Virus record (IMG/VR): IMGVR_UViG_3300008267_000009
Location: 36,564-100,563 of that record
Origin: a virus
Reading direction: 5' to 3' (one strand)
Length of the DNA: 64,000 nt
Shown here: positions 10,550 through 20,350 of the stretch, in pieces
Layout: every line of letters starts with the position of its first letter
Numbering within the stretch: the first letter of the stretch is position 1
Notes under the pieces: model-generated
Seen by the model: only the letters and a program-made list of their open reading frames with translations
What the model was told of the DNA's origin: nothing
Databases searched by the model: none
Translations under genes and position numbers: made by a program

Positions 10550-12381
10550 TGACAGTTAATACAACAACACTAGCAGGAATCATGGCAGCATCATGGGGCA
10601 ACTTTTATGATGTTGATAGACCAGCAACTTCACCAACACCAGCTCAACTAGCTATTCCTTGGATACATGTTTCAATTATAAATTCTACAGATGTTCAGGT
10701 TATTATAATGACTCCGTCTGTTACTCCAGGAAGTTATAGGGGAGATGTCTCAGAGTCTACATCGTTTAGCAGCCCAGTAAGAACGTTTAATGATGTAGAT
10801 GGAATTTTTACATTAACAGGATTAACTCCAGGAAAAGAATATAGGCTTAGAGCAGCATGTCACGCAGCAGATCCATCAATATACGGAGCATATAAATATC
10901 ATACATTTACAATGCCTAAAGCAGCAAATGTAGGTTCTGTTAGTTCTACTGCTAATGGAGTTGCAGTTCCAAGAAATGTACCTCCAGAGCCATCGTATGT
11001 TGATACAACAACTTTGTCTGGAATACAAGCTGCTTCTGGTAACGTAGAGAATAATGCTAATGATGCTGGAGACTCAAATGAAACTCTAACTCCAGTGCCA
11101 ACTGGAAGCTACAACGCAGTTGCTGGAAATAGACAAGTAACTAGATCGCTCTTTAAGGTTACAAATAACTCAAAAGATAAAGATGCATACTCCATTGCAG
11201 TTAAAAATCTTGGAATATCTACATCATCTTCTTACTATACTTTTGGAGCAGCTCTGTTCTTTCAGAGCAGCGTAACAAATACGGATGCTTCAGGAGGATT
11301 TGGATTTTTTACAAGTAGTAATGGTATGGATGGATACTATGTTATGATGGAAACTACATCCAATCTTTCTATTCATGGAGAAAAAGAAGTAAAGATTTTA
11401 AAGGTTGTTGGCGGTAAAAAAACAATATTAAGTGACAGTCAAAATAGCAGCTCTTCTACAATGAATGGTATTGTGGGGGCAAAAAATTATAAAATTGATA
11501 TTAAGGTAAAGGCAAGTGCTACAGTTAATGTTATAGATATTTATATTAATAACTTTAAAATATCTGCAGTTGACACTAATACGCCAAATACTACTGATCC
11601 AACAAAATTAATTTTACCAGTAACATCAAATGTTGCTCTTGTTTCCTCAGTTGGATCATCAAACTTTGACTATGTTTATGCTGCTCCAATTAGTGAAAGT
11701 CAATATACTACTGGAGTTCTTCAAAACGTATACAACGGCCAGTTTGCAACAACCACCCTAGACTTTTTATATGGAGAAAAGGTACTAAGCAATTTTAATA
11801 AAGCAGAAATTCCTGGAGGTAAACTAGAGGAATTTGGAACGGTTGCTAGAGAGCTTAGAAAGGTTGCTGTAAAATATCAAGATAGGCCAGCACAACCTTT
11901 ATATTCAACTGTTGGTATTAATAAATTTATTCAAATACTAGGACAAAGACTTACAAGTTTTGGGGCTGAAATATATCTATTAAATAATTCAGGCACCTTT
12001 GTACCTTTAAGCGATGGTCAATTTAATTCATTTAACGTGATAGGAAACTATGTGGTTCCTACTGGACAACACGAGTATACAGACAGTACAATAAATGAAT
12101 TCAGTACTCCAGAGCCAGCAATATTTGAATCTGTATGGATTCAAACAGAATCTGATGCTAAAAAACTATCTGATTGGATTAAAACCCAGTGGTCAAAACA
12201 ACAGGTTATTTTAAGCATGAATGTATTTAGTAATCCTTTGATCAGTGTAGGAGACGTCATTTCTGTAAACTATCCAGACAATGGATTAGATGGAACTAAA
12301 AAGTACATTGTTACAAACGTAAATCAATCATTTAATCAGGGCCTAGATACATCTATAACTGCAAGGTCTATATATGTTTAG
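10540..12381 (+). CDS. Minor tail / hub protein (C-part) with FN3 and lectin-like beta domains
   Basis: 613 aa; FTLTGLTPGKEYRLRA FN3; C-terminal WIQTESDAKKLSDWI...NPLISVGDVISVNY hub motif. Confidence 0.65.
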   Translation: MGIMTVNTTTLAGIMAASWGNFYDVDRPATSPTPAQLAIPWIHVSIINSTDVQVIIMTPSVTPGSYRGDVSESTSFSSPVRTFNDVDGIFTLTGLTPGKEYRLRAACHAADPSIYGAYKYHTFTMPKAANVGSVSSTANGVAVPRNVPPEPSYVDTTTLSGIQAASGNVENNANDAGDSNETLTPVPTGSYNAVAGNRQVTRSLFKVTNNSKDKDAYSIAVKNLGISTSSSYYTFGAALFFQSSVTNTDASGGFGFFTSSNGMDGYYVMMETTSNLSIHGEKEVKILKVVGGKKTILSDSQNSSSSTMNGIVGAKNYKIDIKVKASATVNVIDIYINNFKISAVDTNTPNTTDPTKLILPVTSNVALVSSVGSSNFDYVYAAPISESQYTTGVLQNVYNGQFATTTLDFLYGEKVLSNFNKAEIPGGKLEEFGTVARELRKVAVKYQDRPAQPLYSTVGINKFIQILGQRLTSFGAEIYLLNNSGTFVPLSDGQFNSFNVIGNYVVPTGQHEYTDSTINEFSTPEPAIFESVWIQTESDAKKLSDWIKTQWSKQQVILSMNVFSNPLISVGDVISVNYPDNGLDGTKKYIVTNVNQSFNQGLDTSITARSIYV

Positions 12382-12401
12382 GGAAATGGTATAATAATAA
12401 A

Positions 12402-12785
12402 ATGACTAGCAAAAAAATATCAACTACTGGAATTGGCAATGTTGCTCCAGTAACTGTTTATTCTAATTCCAAAGAAAATAATGATCTTAGCCCAAACTCT
12501 AAGGTTGTTCTTCCAGGCAATGTTGTTGGTCCTATGTTGGTTGCATCTGCTGAGCTAGACTCCGACGAGGTAAACCTTGAAATAGTTCCAGAAGATGACC
12601 CAGCAGTTGTTGTGGCCAACCCAAATCCTTTATATGGGGTACCGCAATTATCTGATATACAGTTAGTATCAAATTCTGTTATCTATGATGCATCTGGGAA
12701 TCCTAGTGTAACTGCAGTATTTAAAATTAAAAATTCTAGCGGAAGAGAGCTAAAGGGAATAAATGTGAGGGTTCAATCAGCATGA
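12402..12785 (+). CDS. Tail-region hypothetical protein (leaderless)
   Basis: TGG-TATAAT (12390-12395) 6 nt before ATG. Confidence 0.6.
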   Translation: MTSKKISTTGIGNVAPVTVYSNSKENNDLSPNSKVVLPGNVVGPMLVASAELDSDEVNLEIVPEDDPAVVVANPNPLYGVPQLSDIQLVSNSVIYDASGNPSVTAVFKIKNSSGRELKGINVRVQSA

Positions 12786-13687
12786 TAACAAAATTTGGAA
12801 AAAGATTTTTAACAAACTATTTAGCAGGTAATGTCCCATTTGGAAATAAAGATATTGCTTTGGGCATAGGCTCAACAACTCCAAATGCTAAAGGTAAAGA
12901 CACAAGATTAGAGTTTGAGTTTTATAGACTTCCAGCATCTATTGGAAGTATTAATATAGAACAAACAGGAGTTGACGGAGACGGTGAAGCCGTATTTGCT
13001 TATAGTGTAATATACCAAGCAACAATACCGCAAGATGTTGCTGGAATTATATCCGAAGTTGGACTGTATCCTGGAATTAAATCGTCAAAAAATAATTTTG
13101 ATAGCAAGTTTTTAACTGACTTTGAAAATAATTTACTATGGTCTGATGGCTCCTTTAACCCAGTGCTAAGACCAAACTCTGATTTATTTAAAGCAAAAAT
13201 TGGAGAAAATATGGTGCAAGTAGATGTTGATTCTGCTAGCTCATCTAAAGAATATAAAAACTCTTTAATTTCTTATGATATATCTGGGTATAGTGTAAAT
13301 GACACAGTGACACTTGCTTACAAAAAAATGGATAACAATTTATCCAAAATTAGAGTAAAGCTTTATAGTTCAGACACAGCATATTGCTTTGTTGATTTTA
13401 CTCCAACATCTGGAACAGGAGATAGAATACAATCTCAATCGGTTTCCACACTATTTGCTAATTCTATAAATAGTCCAGATTTAACTTTAATTACAAAACT
13501 AGGAGTTGAAGTTTATTCAACTTCTGGAGGAGCCACACAGGTATATTTTGACGGAGTTAGAATAAATGATGAAGACACATTTGATCCAACCTATGGATTA
13601 ATAAGCAGGTCTTTACTAACAACTCCATTAGAAAAAAAGTCTGGCAGAACAGTAGACATAGAATATAAGATTTTGTTAGGATTCTAA
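12782..13687 (+). CDS. Baseplate/tail structural protein
   Basis: MITKFGKRFL...IALGIG...LEFEFYR...ISEVGLY pattern like tail-fibre/baseplate anchor domains. Confidence 0.6.
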   Translation: MITKFGKRFLTNYLAGNVPFGNKDIALGIGSTTPNAKGKDTRLEFEFYRLPASIGSINIEQTGVDGDGEAVFAYSVIYQATIPQDVAGIISEVGLYPGIKSSKNNFDSKFLTDFENNLLWSDGSFNPVLRPNSDLFKAKIGENMVQVDVDSASSSKEYKNSLISYDISGYSVNDTVTLAYKKMDNNLSKIRVKLYSSDTAYCFVDFTPTSGTGDRIQSQSVSTLFANSINSPDLTLITKLGVEVYSTSGGATQVYFDGVRINDEDTFDPTYGLISRSLLTTPLEKKSGRTVDIEYKILLGF

Positions 13688-15637
13688 ATGACAAATACTC
13701 AAGACGCTGGAAAGGGAATTGTTCCATCTGATTTAGCTTTAGTGGCTCAACCAGATATTAATAAAGATTATTTTAATGTAACAGTTAAAGACCTTAAAAT
13801 AAATAAAGCATATGCAATTCAATTTCAGTGGGTAGAGTTAGACGGAAAGCTTGGGTCTTGGTCCCCAGGATTTATTTTTACTACATCAAACGAGGTTGCT
13901 CCAGCAGTGCCAACTGGAGTTACAGTTCCATCTACAGCAAGCGGCAGTATTCCTGTTACACTTTCATCATTTCCCACAAATGCTAAAAGAGTAGATGTAA
14001 TTATAACTGGCGGTATTTTTGGAACAAGTACAGTTGCACATTCATTTACTACAGCAGGAACAACAACTATTGCTGCGCCAGCTGGAACATATCAAGTACA
14101 GTTAAGATCAATATCGCCAACTGGAGTAACAAGTACAGTTGGAACAACATTTACTGTTACAGTATCTTCTGCTGATATTGTTGTACTTCCTTCAACTGCA
14201 CCTTCTACTCCAACAGCTTCTTCCACACTTGGAGCAATACAACTTTCATGGAATGGAAAAACTTCAACTGGATCAGATCAACCTTCAGGGTTCGTTGCTG
14301 CAAAAGTTTATGTAGGAACAACTTCTGGATTTACTCCAGTAGATACTGGCTCTGCAGGAGCTAATCAAGTAGATGTTTTAAATTTTGCTAACGGCCAAAA
14401 CACATTAAATATAGCAGTTGGCACAGTTGTAAATGGAACTGCATTAACTTATGGCGTAGATTATTTTATAAAAATAAAAACAACTAATGGAAATGCTGCT
14501 CAGGATTCAGCAGCAGTTTTAGCTAGCGGAAGCCCAGTAAGAATTGGGCAAGTTGGTAATGGCGACATTGTAGAAATAACAGCAGATAAAATTAGAACTG
14601 GAACAATATCAACACAAACAATAACTGTTGGTGCACCAGGCGGCAAAAGAGTAGAATTACGTGGAAGCGGTAACTCATTTGAAATATTTGGAACTGGCGG
14701 AACATCTCTTTTATCATATAATGCTGCTGGAAACAAATTATCTGTAACTGGAGAAGGTTCTTTTACTGGAAGTATTACTGGAGCTAGCGGTCAATTTGAC
14801 GGAGATCTTGGAGCTTCTGGAGGAAACTTTACAGTAAGAAGCGGCATAGTAACTGCACTTGCTGGATCAATTGGTGGATGGGTAATAAATAGTCAAGCAC
14901 TAAAAAGCTCAGCAGTAACATTTCCTTCTATACAACTAGACCCAGTTGGCTCTAAGATAGAATTAAGGGGAAGTCCTGGTGGAAGTGACATAGGTAACTA
15001 TATTAAAATGGATACTACCACTGGACTAAGAATTGGATCAGTTAGTAGTCCAGCATTTACAGTTGCAATGGACGGATCAATGACTGCAACAAAAGCTAAT
15101 TTTCAAAATGAAGTTGGTGGAAATACAATTATATTAGATAACACTAGTTTTAGAATGTCTGGGGCTAACGGAACAACGACACTTGGATATAATTCAAACA
15201 TTACTTTATCTAGTACTGGAAATATTTATAACAGCAGCGGAAGCTACATAAGTTTGCTAAATAGCGAATCTTCAACAGAGCTATGGCCAGGAGGAGTGAG
15301 ATACTTCCAAGGATCGATATTTGGGTCAGCTCCAGTAAGTTTTTCTCAATATATTTATAATAGTCAATTAGTAAATTATACAAACTCACTACTTGGAATA
15401 ACCTGGACATCTGGACTTTACGTTACAGGTTCTTATGCATATAACAATAATAGCGTTTCAACAAGGTTTGGGGATGAGTTTAGGCCTCTTGGAGTAACTC
15501 CGTTTGGAGAGCAAACTCTTGGACAAAGATTGTTTAGCGGAACGGCAACTACAAACTCAGCAATTAATACAGATATTAACAATAGAGGGTACGCAGCGAA
15601 CTCTCAAAATGGCGATTTTTACTTTAGTACAGCGTGA
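13688..15637 (+). CDS. Tail fibre / minor tail protein with FN3 domains
   Basis: Ser/Thr/Gly-rich, FN3-like repeats, ITADKIRTGTI and GSIGGW fibre motifs. Confidence 0.7.
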   Translation: MTNTQDAGKGIVPSDLALVAQPDINKDYFNVTVKDLKINKAYAIQFQWVELDGKLGSWSPGFIFTTSNEVAPAVPTGVTVPSTASGSIPVTLSSFPTNAKRVDVIITGGIFGTSTVAHSFTTAGTTTIAAPAGTYQVQLRSISPTGVTSTVGTTFTVTVSSADIVVLPSTAPSTPTASSTLGAIQLSWNGKTSTGSDQPSGFVAAKVYVGTTSGFTPVDTGSAGANQVDVLNFANGQNTLNIAVGTVVNGTALTYGVDYFIKIKTTNGNAAQDSAAVLASGSPVRIGQVGNGDIVEITADKIRTGTISTQTITVGAPGGKRVELRGSGNSFEIFGTGGTSLLSYNAAGNKLSVTGEGSFTGSITGASGQFDGDLGASGGNFTVRSGIVTALAGSIGGWVINSQALKSSAVTFPSIQLDPVGSKIELRGSPGGSDIGNYIKMDTTTGLRIGSVSSPAFTVAMDGSMTATKANFQNEVGGNTIILDNTSFRMSGANGTTTLGYNSNITLSSTGNIYNSSGSYISLLNSESSTELWPGGVRYFQGSIFGSAPVSFSQYIYNSQLVNYTNSLLGITWTSGLYVTGSYAYNNNSVSTRFGDEFRPLGVTPFGEQTLGQRLFSGTATTNSAINTDINNRGYAANSQNGDFYFSTA

Positions 15638-15642
15638 TATAA

Positions 15643-18600
15643 ATGCCTAGATTATTTCAAAAGCGTGGTGGTACATGGTCAGAAATTCTTTCTGTATTTC
15701 AAAAACAGGGCGGTACATGGGTTGAAATATTAAATATATTTCAAAAAATTGGTGGTACATGGACTAAAGTTTTTGCAGCCGCAAAAATACCAGGCAATAC
15801 AGTAGCACCAACAATAACTGGAACAGGATATTTATATAGCACTTTAACAAACAATAGCTTAGGTACATGGACAAATTCTCCAACATCTTATACTAGACAA
15901 TGGAGAAGGGGAACTCCTCCAGCAGGAGGCGGAGAACCTCAAGGTTATTCTAATATAACAGGAGCAACATCTAGCACATATGTAACAACAGCTGCAGACG
16001 ATGGTAAATACATAATTTGCCAAGTAACTGCAACAAATGCTTTGGGCTCTAATTCAGCAGCATCAAATCCAATATATGTTAGCAAATATAGTCCAGTAGC
16101 AAATGGAATTTATACGATAACTGGATCGCCAGTTGTTGGTGGAACATTAACTGCAGTTGAGCAAGTCGGTACATGGAAAGCAACAACAACAAATACTGGG
16201 GATACATCACCAGATACATTTGTTTATACTTGGTCTAGAATAGTATCAGGTATTACACAAACACCTCCACTACAAGAAGGTACTTCTTCAAGCTATTTAA
16301 TTCAGCCTTCAGACAACAATACCACTATAGCAGTTGCAGTAACTGGAACAAATACTGGTGGATCCGCTACAACTGCTTATTCTGTTGTAGTAAATGTTTC
16401 ATCTGTTTATTCTTTTTCAATGGGTAAAACTTTACATATGAGCACAAACTGCTTTGTGTCTCTAGATAATCCTAGTGCTAGCTTTACAACTCTACCAAAT
16501 GGATATTCTATTCCAGTATCTCTTCAAGATTTTTGGAATCCAGTTGGATATAAATGGTCTAACGGAGAAGAGTTTGTTTTGCATTATGATGGATATAAAT
16601 TAAATCAATCAACAACAGCTTTCAGAGCAACATGGCAAATGAGATTTTATACAAATCAAAATTATGCAGATTTTAAAATAATTAGATGGGGAAGCAGTAC
16701 AGGGCCTGGAAGTAAAACTGTTGCTATGTATAAAGACGACGCTGTATTTGGAACAGCGGTTGCAGGCCCAATTGCTCAGTATATAGCAGGACAAACATTT
16801 AGAGTATACTATAGTGGAAGTCAGCCTACTCAATCTGTAGGCTTTACTGAAATTGTTACAGACTCAATGGTTCCAATATCAATAACTGCTGGTAGCGCAG
16901 ATGACGGCTACTTTTCTGTTGTTACATCAACAAATCAATATACTAAGCCATTTATATCTGGATTAACATCTTCTGGAACTGGCACAAGTATATCTACTAA
17001 TTCATTTACTACTGGCGGAGGATATAATGGGTTTAATTATGTTATTAGAACAGGTTCACACTTTGGAACACTTGTAGCTTCTGGATCATCTTTTGCTGGT
17101 TCATATTCTCAATCTGGACTTACAAGTGGAACAACATATTATGTAACACTAACACCATTTAATGCATATTCTCAATTAGGTGATTCAGTTCAATTTAGTC
17201 AAGCAACAACAAATGCTCCTGGACCATTTAGCGTAAATAGTGGAAGTAAGGCTATTCCTTCTGGCGGATACAGAACAGTTACTGTAGGATGGACAACTTC
17301 TACAAATGGTCCAAACTATGAAGTTCAACTAGAAGGAAGTGATGATGGTACTACATGGTCTGTAGTGACTGGTACATTTGAAACAAGAACTGTACGGCAA
17401 ACATTAAATTTATTATCTTCACCATATTTTACATCAAACTCTACAACATTTACAAACGTTGATTATCGATATTTTTATCGTGCAACAGCAAGAGCACGAA
17501 ACTCGTCCCTTGATTCAGAAAATGCTGCTTACTCAAATGGTGGAACATCTACTTCATTAGCATATTATGAAATACCAGGAGTTGCTCCAGGAACCCCAAC
17601 ATTAGGAACCATAACTGTAACAAAAACTACAGCTTCTATACCTTATACATTTCCATCAAATACTGGATCAAATACAATTGACTGGATTCAATTTTCATTA
17701 GATGGCATTTCGTTTAATAATGATTTTACTAGCCCATACGATTTTACTGGGTTGACATCTGGTACAACGTACACTCTTTATTATAGAGCATTAAATTATG
17801 ATAAGCTTTATTCAAGCACTTTAACTACTACATTTACTACTACAGCAGCTAAACCACCAGGGTTTGTACAATCAATAACAGCTGGCACTAAAACCAATAC
17901 AAGTATAGCTTGGAGCTGGACTGCTCCAACTGTAACAACATCAAATAATGCTGCTACTGGATATGAATATGCTCACACACAAAGTACAGCAACTCCAACA
18001 TCATGGACAGCTCAAACTGGAACAAGCGTTACTGTTTCTAATTTAACAAAAAATACAACATACTATATGCATGTTAGAGGCACAAATGCTGATGGTCCTG
18101 GACCGTCGACATATAATTCTGCCTCAACAAATAACGATAGCTTTTATACGGTTTCATTTAACGTTAATGGCTCTGGAGGAACTAATCCTGCATCTGTTAC
18201 TCAGACTACCGCAGGAGGATCAGTAACCCTTGCGGCAGCTCAAACAAGAACTGGTTATACTTTTGGCGGATGGAATACTAATACTTCTGGCACTGGAACA
18301 AATTATAATGCTGGATCTTCATATACACCAACTGCAGATATAACACTTTATGCAAAGTGGACGTTGGCATTTGTTACGCCAGCACCAACAACACCACCAA
18401 GCTTTATATTTTCAAGAGGATTAAATGGAGCTACATCTTCAACTAGACGTAACTGGGGATGGAACGTATCAAGTGGTATGGGAAGTTACAGTTATGTTAT
18501 ATATACTTTAGAGTGGCATAATGTTAACTCAACAACGCCTCCTTCAACAACAAGAACCCCAGACGCACTACTTACATTCGGATCTTCTGGTTCATCAGCT

Positions 18601-18801
18601 CCAGTATCAAATGGACAGACATATAACTTGAGCGGAAATTCAACTCCAAACTATAGAACAATGGCAAGGGGTTCTTCTTATGCAGGAACAAACGGAACAA
18701 CTATTACAGCCTCAACCAATTTTTCATGGGCTAGAGCAATATGTAGGGTAACAGGAACAAACGGAACTACCTATCCAAGTGGCTATACAGGATTCTTATA
18801 A
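15643..18801 (+). CDS. Large adhesin/tail fibre protein (Ig/FN3 domains and InlB B-repeat-like domain)
   Basis: 1052 aa; GLTSGTTYY FN3 repeats; YTVSFNVNG...RTGYTFGGWNT...ITLYAKW repeat; N-terminal FQKxGGTW x3. Confidence 0.75.
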   Translation: MPRLFQKRGGTWSEILSVFQKQGGTWVEILNIFQKIGGTWTKVFAAAKIPGNTVAPTITGTGYLYSTLTNNSLGTWTNSPTSYTRQWRRGTPPAGGGEPQGYSNITGATSSTYVTTAADDGKYIICQVTATNALGSNSAASNPIYVSKYSPVANGIYTITGSPVVGGTLTAVEQVGTWKATTTNTGDTSPDTFVYTWSRIVSGITQTPPLQEGTSSSYLIQPSDNNTTIAVAVTGTNTGGSATTAYSVVVNVSSVYSFSMGKTLHMSTNCFVSLDNPSASFTTLPNGYSIPVSLQDFWNPVGYKWSNGEEFVLHYDGYKLNQSTTAFRATWQMRFYTNQNYADFKIIRWGSSTGPGSKTVAMYKDDAVFGTAVAGPIAQYIAGQTFRVYYSGSQPTQSVGFTEIVTDSMVPISITAGSADDGYFSVVTSTNQYTKPFISGLTSSGTGTSISTNSFTTGGGYNGFNYVIRTGSHFGTLVASGSSFAGSYSQSGLTSGTTYYVTLTPFNAYSQLGDSVQFSQATTNAPGPFSVNSGSKAIPSGGYRTVTVGWTTSTNGPNYEVQLEGSDDGTTWSVVTGTFETRTVRQTLNLLSSPYFTSNSTTFTNVDYRYFYRATARARNSSLDSENAAYSNGGTSTSLAYYEIPGVAPGTPTLGTITVTKTTASIPYTFPSNTGSNTIDWIQFSLDGISFNNDFTSPYDFTGLTSGTTYTLYYRALNYDKLYSSTLTTTFTTTAAKPPGFVQSITAGTKTNTSIAWSWTAPTVTTSNNAATGYEYAHTQSTATPTSWTAQTGTSVTVSNLTKNTTYYMHVRGTNADGPGPSTYNSASTNNDSFYTVSFNVNGSGGTNPASVTQTTAGGSVTLAAAQTRTGYTFGGWNTNTSGTGTNYNAGSSYTPTADITLYAKWTLAFVTPAPTTPPSFIFSRGLNGATSSTRRNWGWNVSSGMGSYSYVIYTLEWHNVNSTTPPSTTRTPDALLTFGSSGSSAPVSNGQTYNLSGNSTPNYRTMARGSSYAGTNGTTITASTNFSWARAICRVTGTNGTTYPSGYTGFL
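15655..15770 (+). repeat. Three 42-bp coding repeats (FQKxGGTW)
   Basis: TTTCAAAA..GG.GGTACATGG at 15655, 15697, 15739. Confidence 0.85.
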
Positions 18802-18830
18802 TATGATATACTTGGAAAAATGGAGGATAA

Positions 18831-19067
18831 ATGACAAATAATTATTTAAGTAAGCAAGATATGCTAAATGTTGTAACAGCTCATATTAGAGATTTACATG
18901 CTGAGAAATATAGTCATCAACTTAGAATTATAGAATTTGATGCTGCTGGATCAGAAAATATTGATCAGCTTCTTTATAATCAAATAGCAGATATGGTTAC
19001 CCAATATGATTTAAGAATTTCAGCTTTAGAGGCTGAGAAAGAAAAAGTTTTGGCTTTGCCAGAATAA
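18831..19067 (+). CDS. Small coiled-coil protein (possible fibre chaperone), paralog 1
   Basis: GGAGG SD; similar to next ORF. Confidence 0.6.
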   Translation: MTNNYLSKQDMLNVVTAHIRDLHAEKYSHQLRIIEFDAAGSENIDQLLYNQIADMVTQYDLRISALEAEKEKVLALPE

Positions 19068-19079
19068 AAAGGAGATAAA

Positions 19080-19310
19080 ATGACAACGCTATCAAATGCA
19101 GAAAAAGCTCAAGTTATTAATCAAAGAATTAAAAATTTGAACTATACTAAGTATAATTATGATCTAGACCTGCTTGTTGAAAACACTAAGGCAGCACCAC
19201 TTGCCAGTGCTATTTCAACAATAACTACATCTATATCTGATATTAATGCTCAAATTGCTGCTCTAACAACTGAGCTTGCAAAGTATCCAGTAGAACAATC
19301 AGAGGAATAA
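19080..19310 (+). CDS. Small coiled-coil protein, paralog 2
   Basis: AGGAG SD; LS..E/D...V....I..L...KY...L...QI.AL..E shared with previous ORF. Confidence 0.6.
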   Translation: MTTLSNAEKAQVINQRIKNLNYTKYNYDLDLLVENTKAAPLASAISTITTSISDINAQIAALTTELAKYPVEQSEE

Positions 19311-19311
19311 A

Positions 19312-19497
19312 ATGGCTGAAAAAGCAGAACTAGTAATTACGGCATTGCAGCAAAGAATCGGTGAGTTAGTCTCAAATTATGAGACTCAAATTGCAATATT
19401 AAGAGCAGATCTTACAAAGCTGGTAGAAGAAAAGGACGCAAAGGTTGAAGCTACGAAGTCGTTCGAAGCCCATCTCGATAATATCACAACCAACTAA
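19312..19497 (+). CDS. Small coiled-coil hypothetical protein
   Basis: GAGG SD, heptad pattern. Confidence 0.6.
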   Translation: MAEKAELVITALQQRIGELVSNYETQIAILRADLTKLVEEKDAKVEATKSFEAHLDNITTN

Positions 19498-19843
19498 TTT
19501 CCCTTCAGGTATTGCTGTTAAAACAGACAAAGATACATACTGGATTAAAGATGGTAAAAGGTATAAATTAATTTCTGATAGGGCTGCCCAGTCTTGGTGC
19601 TTTACTACGGCATTAGCAACTGAAGCGGCATTGTCTGGGATTAAGCTTGTAGGTAAATTAGGGTTTAGAGACGGCGCTTTGATCAAGAACGTTGCAGATG
19701 GTAAAATGTATCTAGTATCACAAAATAAACTAAGACACATTGTTGACCCAGACGCTTTTGACAGATATGGGTTAGATAGGTCAAAATTAATTGAAGTGTC
19801 AGAAAAAGAAATTTTGGCACACGATTTAGGAGAAAACTTATAA
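19445..19843 (+). CDS. Hypothetical protein with two internal beta repeats
   Basis: G..VK....YWIKDGKRY.LIS / G.LIK....MYLVSQNKLRHIV duplicated motif. Confidence 0.6.
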   Translation: MKLRSRSKPISIISQPTNFPSGIAVKTDKDTYWIKDGKRYKLISDRAAQSWCFTTALATEAALSGIKLVGKLGFRDGALIKNVADGKMYLVSQNKLRHIVDPDAFDRYGLDRSKLIEVSEKEILAHDLGENL

Positions 19844-20265
19844 TGGCATTTAATGATGGAGAGCCTTTAGACGCAGCAAAACTCGGAGCCTTAGAGCTAC
19901 AGGTAAATAACCTTGCGTCTAGTATTCCAAAGATTGGTGCATCAACTACAAATGTTACTGTAACTAATAATACAGTTCAACAGGCAAATATTCCACAAAT
20001 TGTAGCAAGTGCTCCTGGTACAAAGTTTGAGTTAAAATCTGGGCAGGTTAACGAACAATATTTTTCTTTTAATGGGACAGTTAATAGTGTGCCTAGAGCC
20101 GTTATAATTACATCTAGGCATAGCGGAAGCGGTACTGGCTGGCATCCACAAATTAATACAAAAACTCAATCTATTACAAAAGACGGTTTTACCGCAGTAG
20201 TATATATGCCGTCAAGTGCCCCCACACACACAGTATATATTACTTGGCTAGCTATCTGCTATTAG
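19843..20265 (+). CDS. Virion protein with H-type-lectin-like C-terminus
   Basis: MAFNDGEPLDAAKL N-term; ITKDGFTAVV...VYITWLAI C-term. Confidence 0.5.
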   Translation: MAFNDGEPLDAAKLGALELQVNNLASSIPKIGASTTNVTVTNNTVQQANIPQIVASAPGTKFELKSGQVNEQYFSFNGTVNSVPRAVIITSRHSGSGTGWHPQINTKTQSITKDGFTAVVYMPSSAPTHTVYITWLAICY

Positions 20266-20267
20266 TA

Positions 20268-20295
20268 TTGACAATTTTTAATCATATGTTACAAT
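20268..20295 (+). promoter_or_regulatory. Promoter of replication operon
   Basis: TTGACA-16 nt-TACAAT with TGn extension. Confidence 0.7.
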
Positions 20296-20307
20296 TACTG
20301 TAACATC

Positions 20308-20332
20308 AAAGTCACGTACCCGTGACTTTTTT
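20308..20332 (+). terminator. Terminator-like hairpin just downstream of the promoter
   Basis: AAAGTCACG-TACC-CGTGACTTT TTT. Confidence 0.6.
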
Positions 20333-20350
20333 ACATATTTAAGGGATTTA

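Noticed and set aside
13688-18801. Diversity-generating retroelement or invertible fibre cassette
   Set aside because: No reverse transcriptase, invertase or template/variable repeat pair seen.
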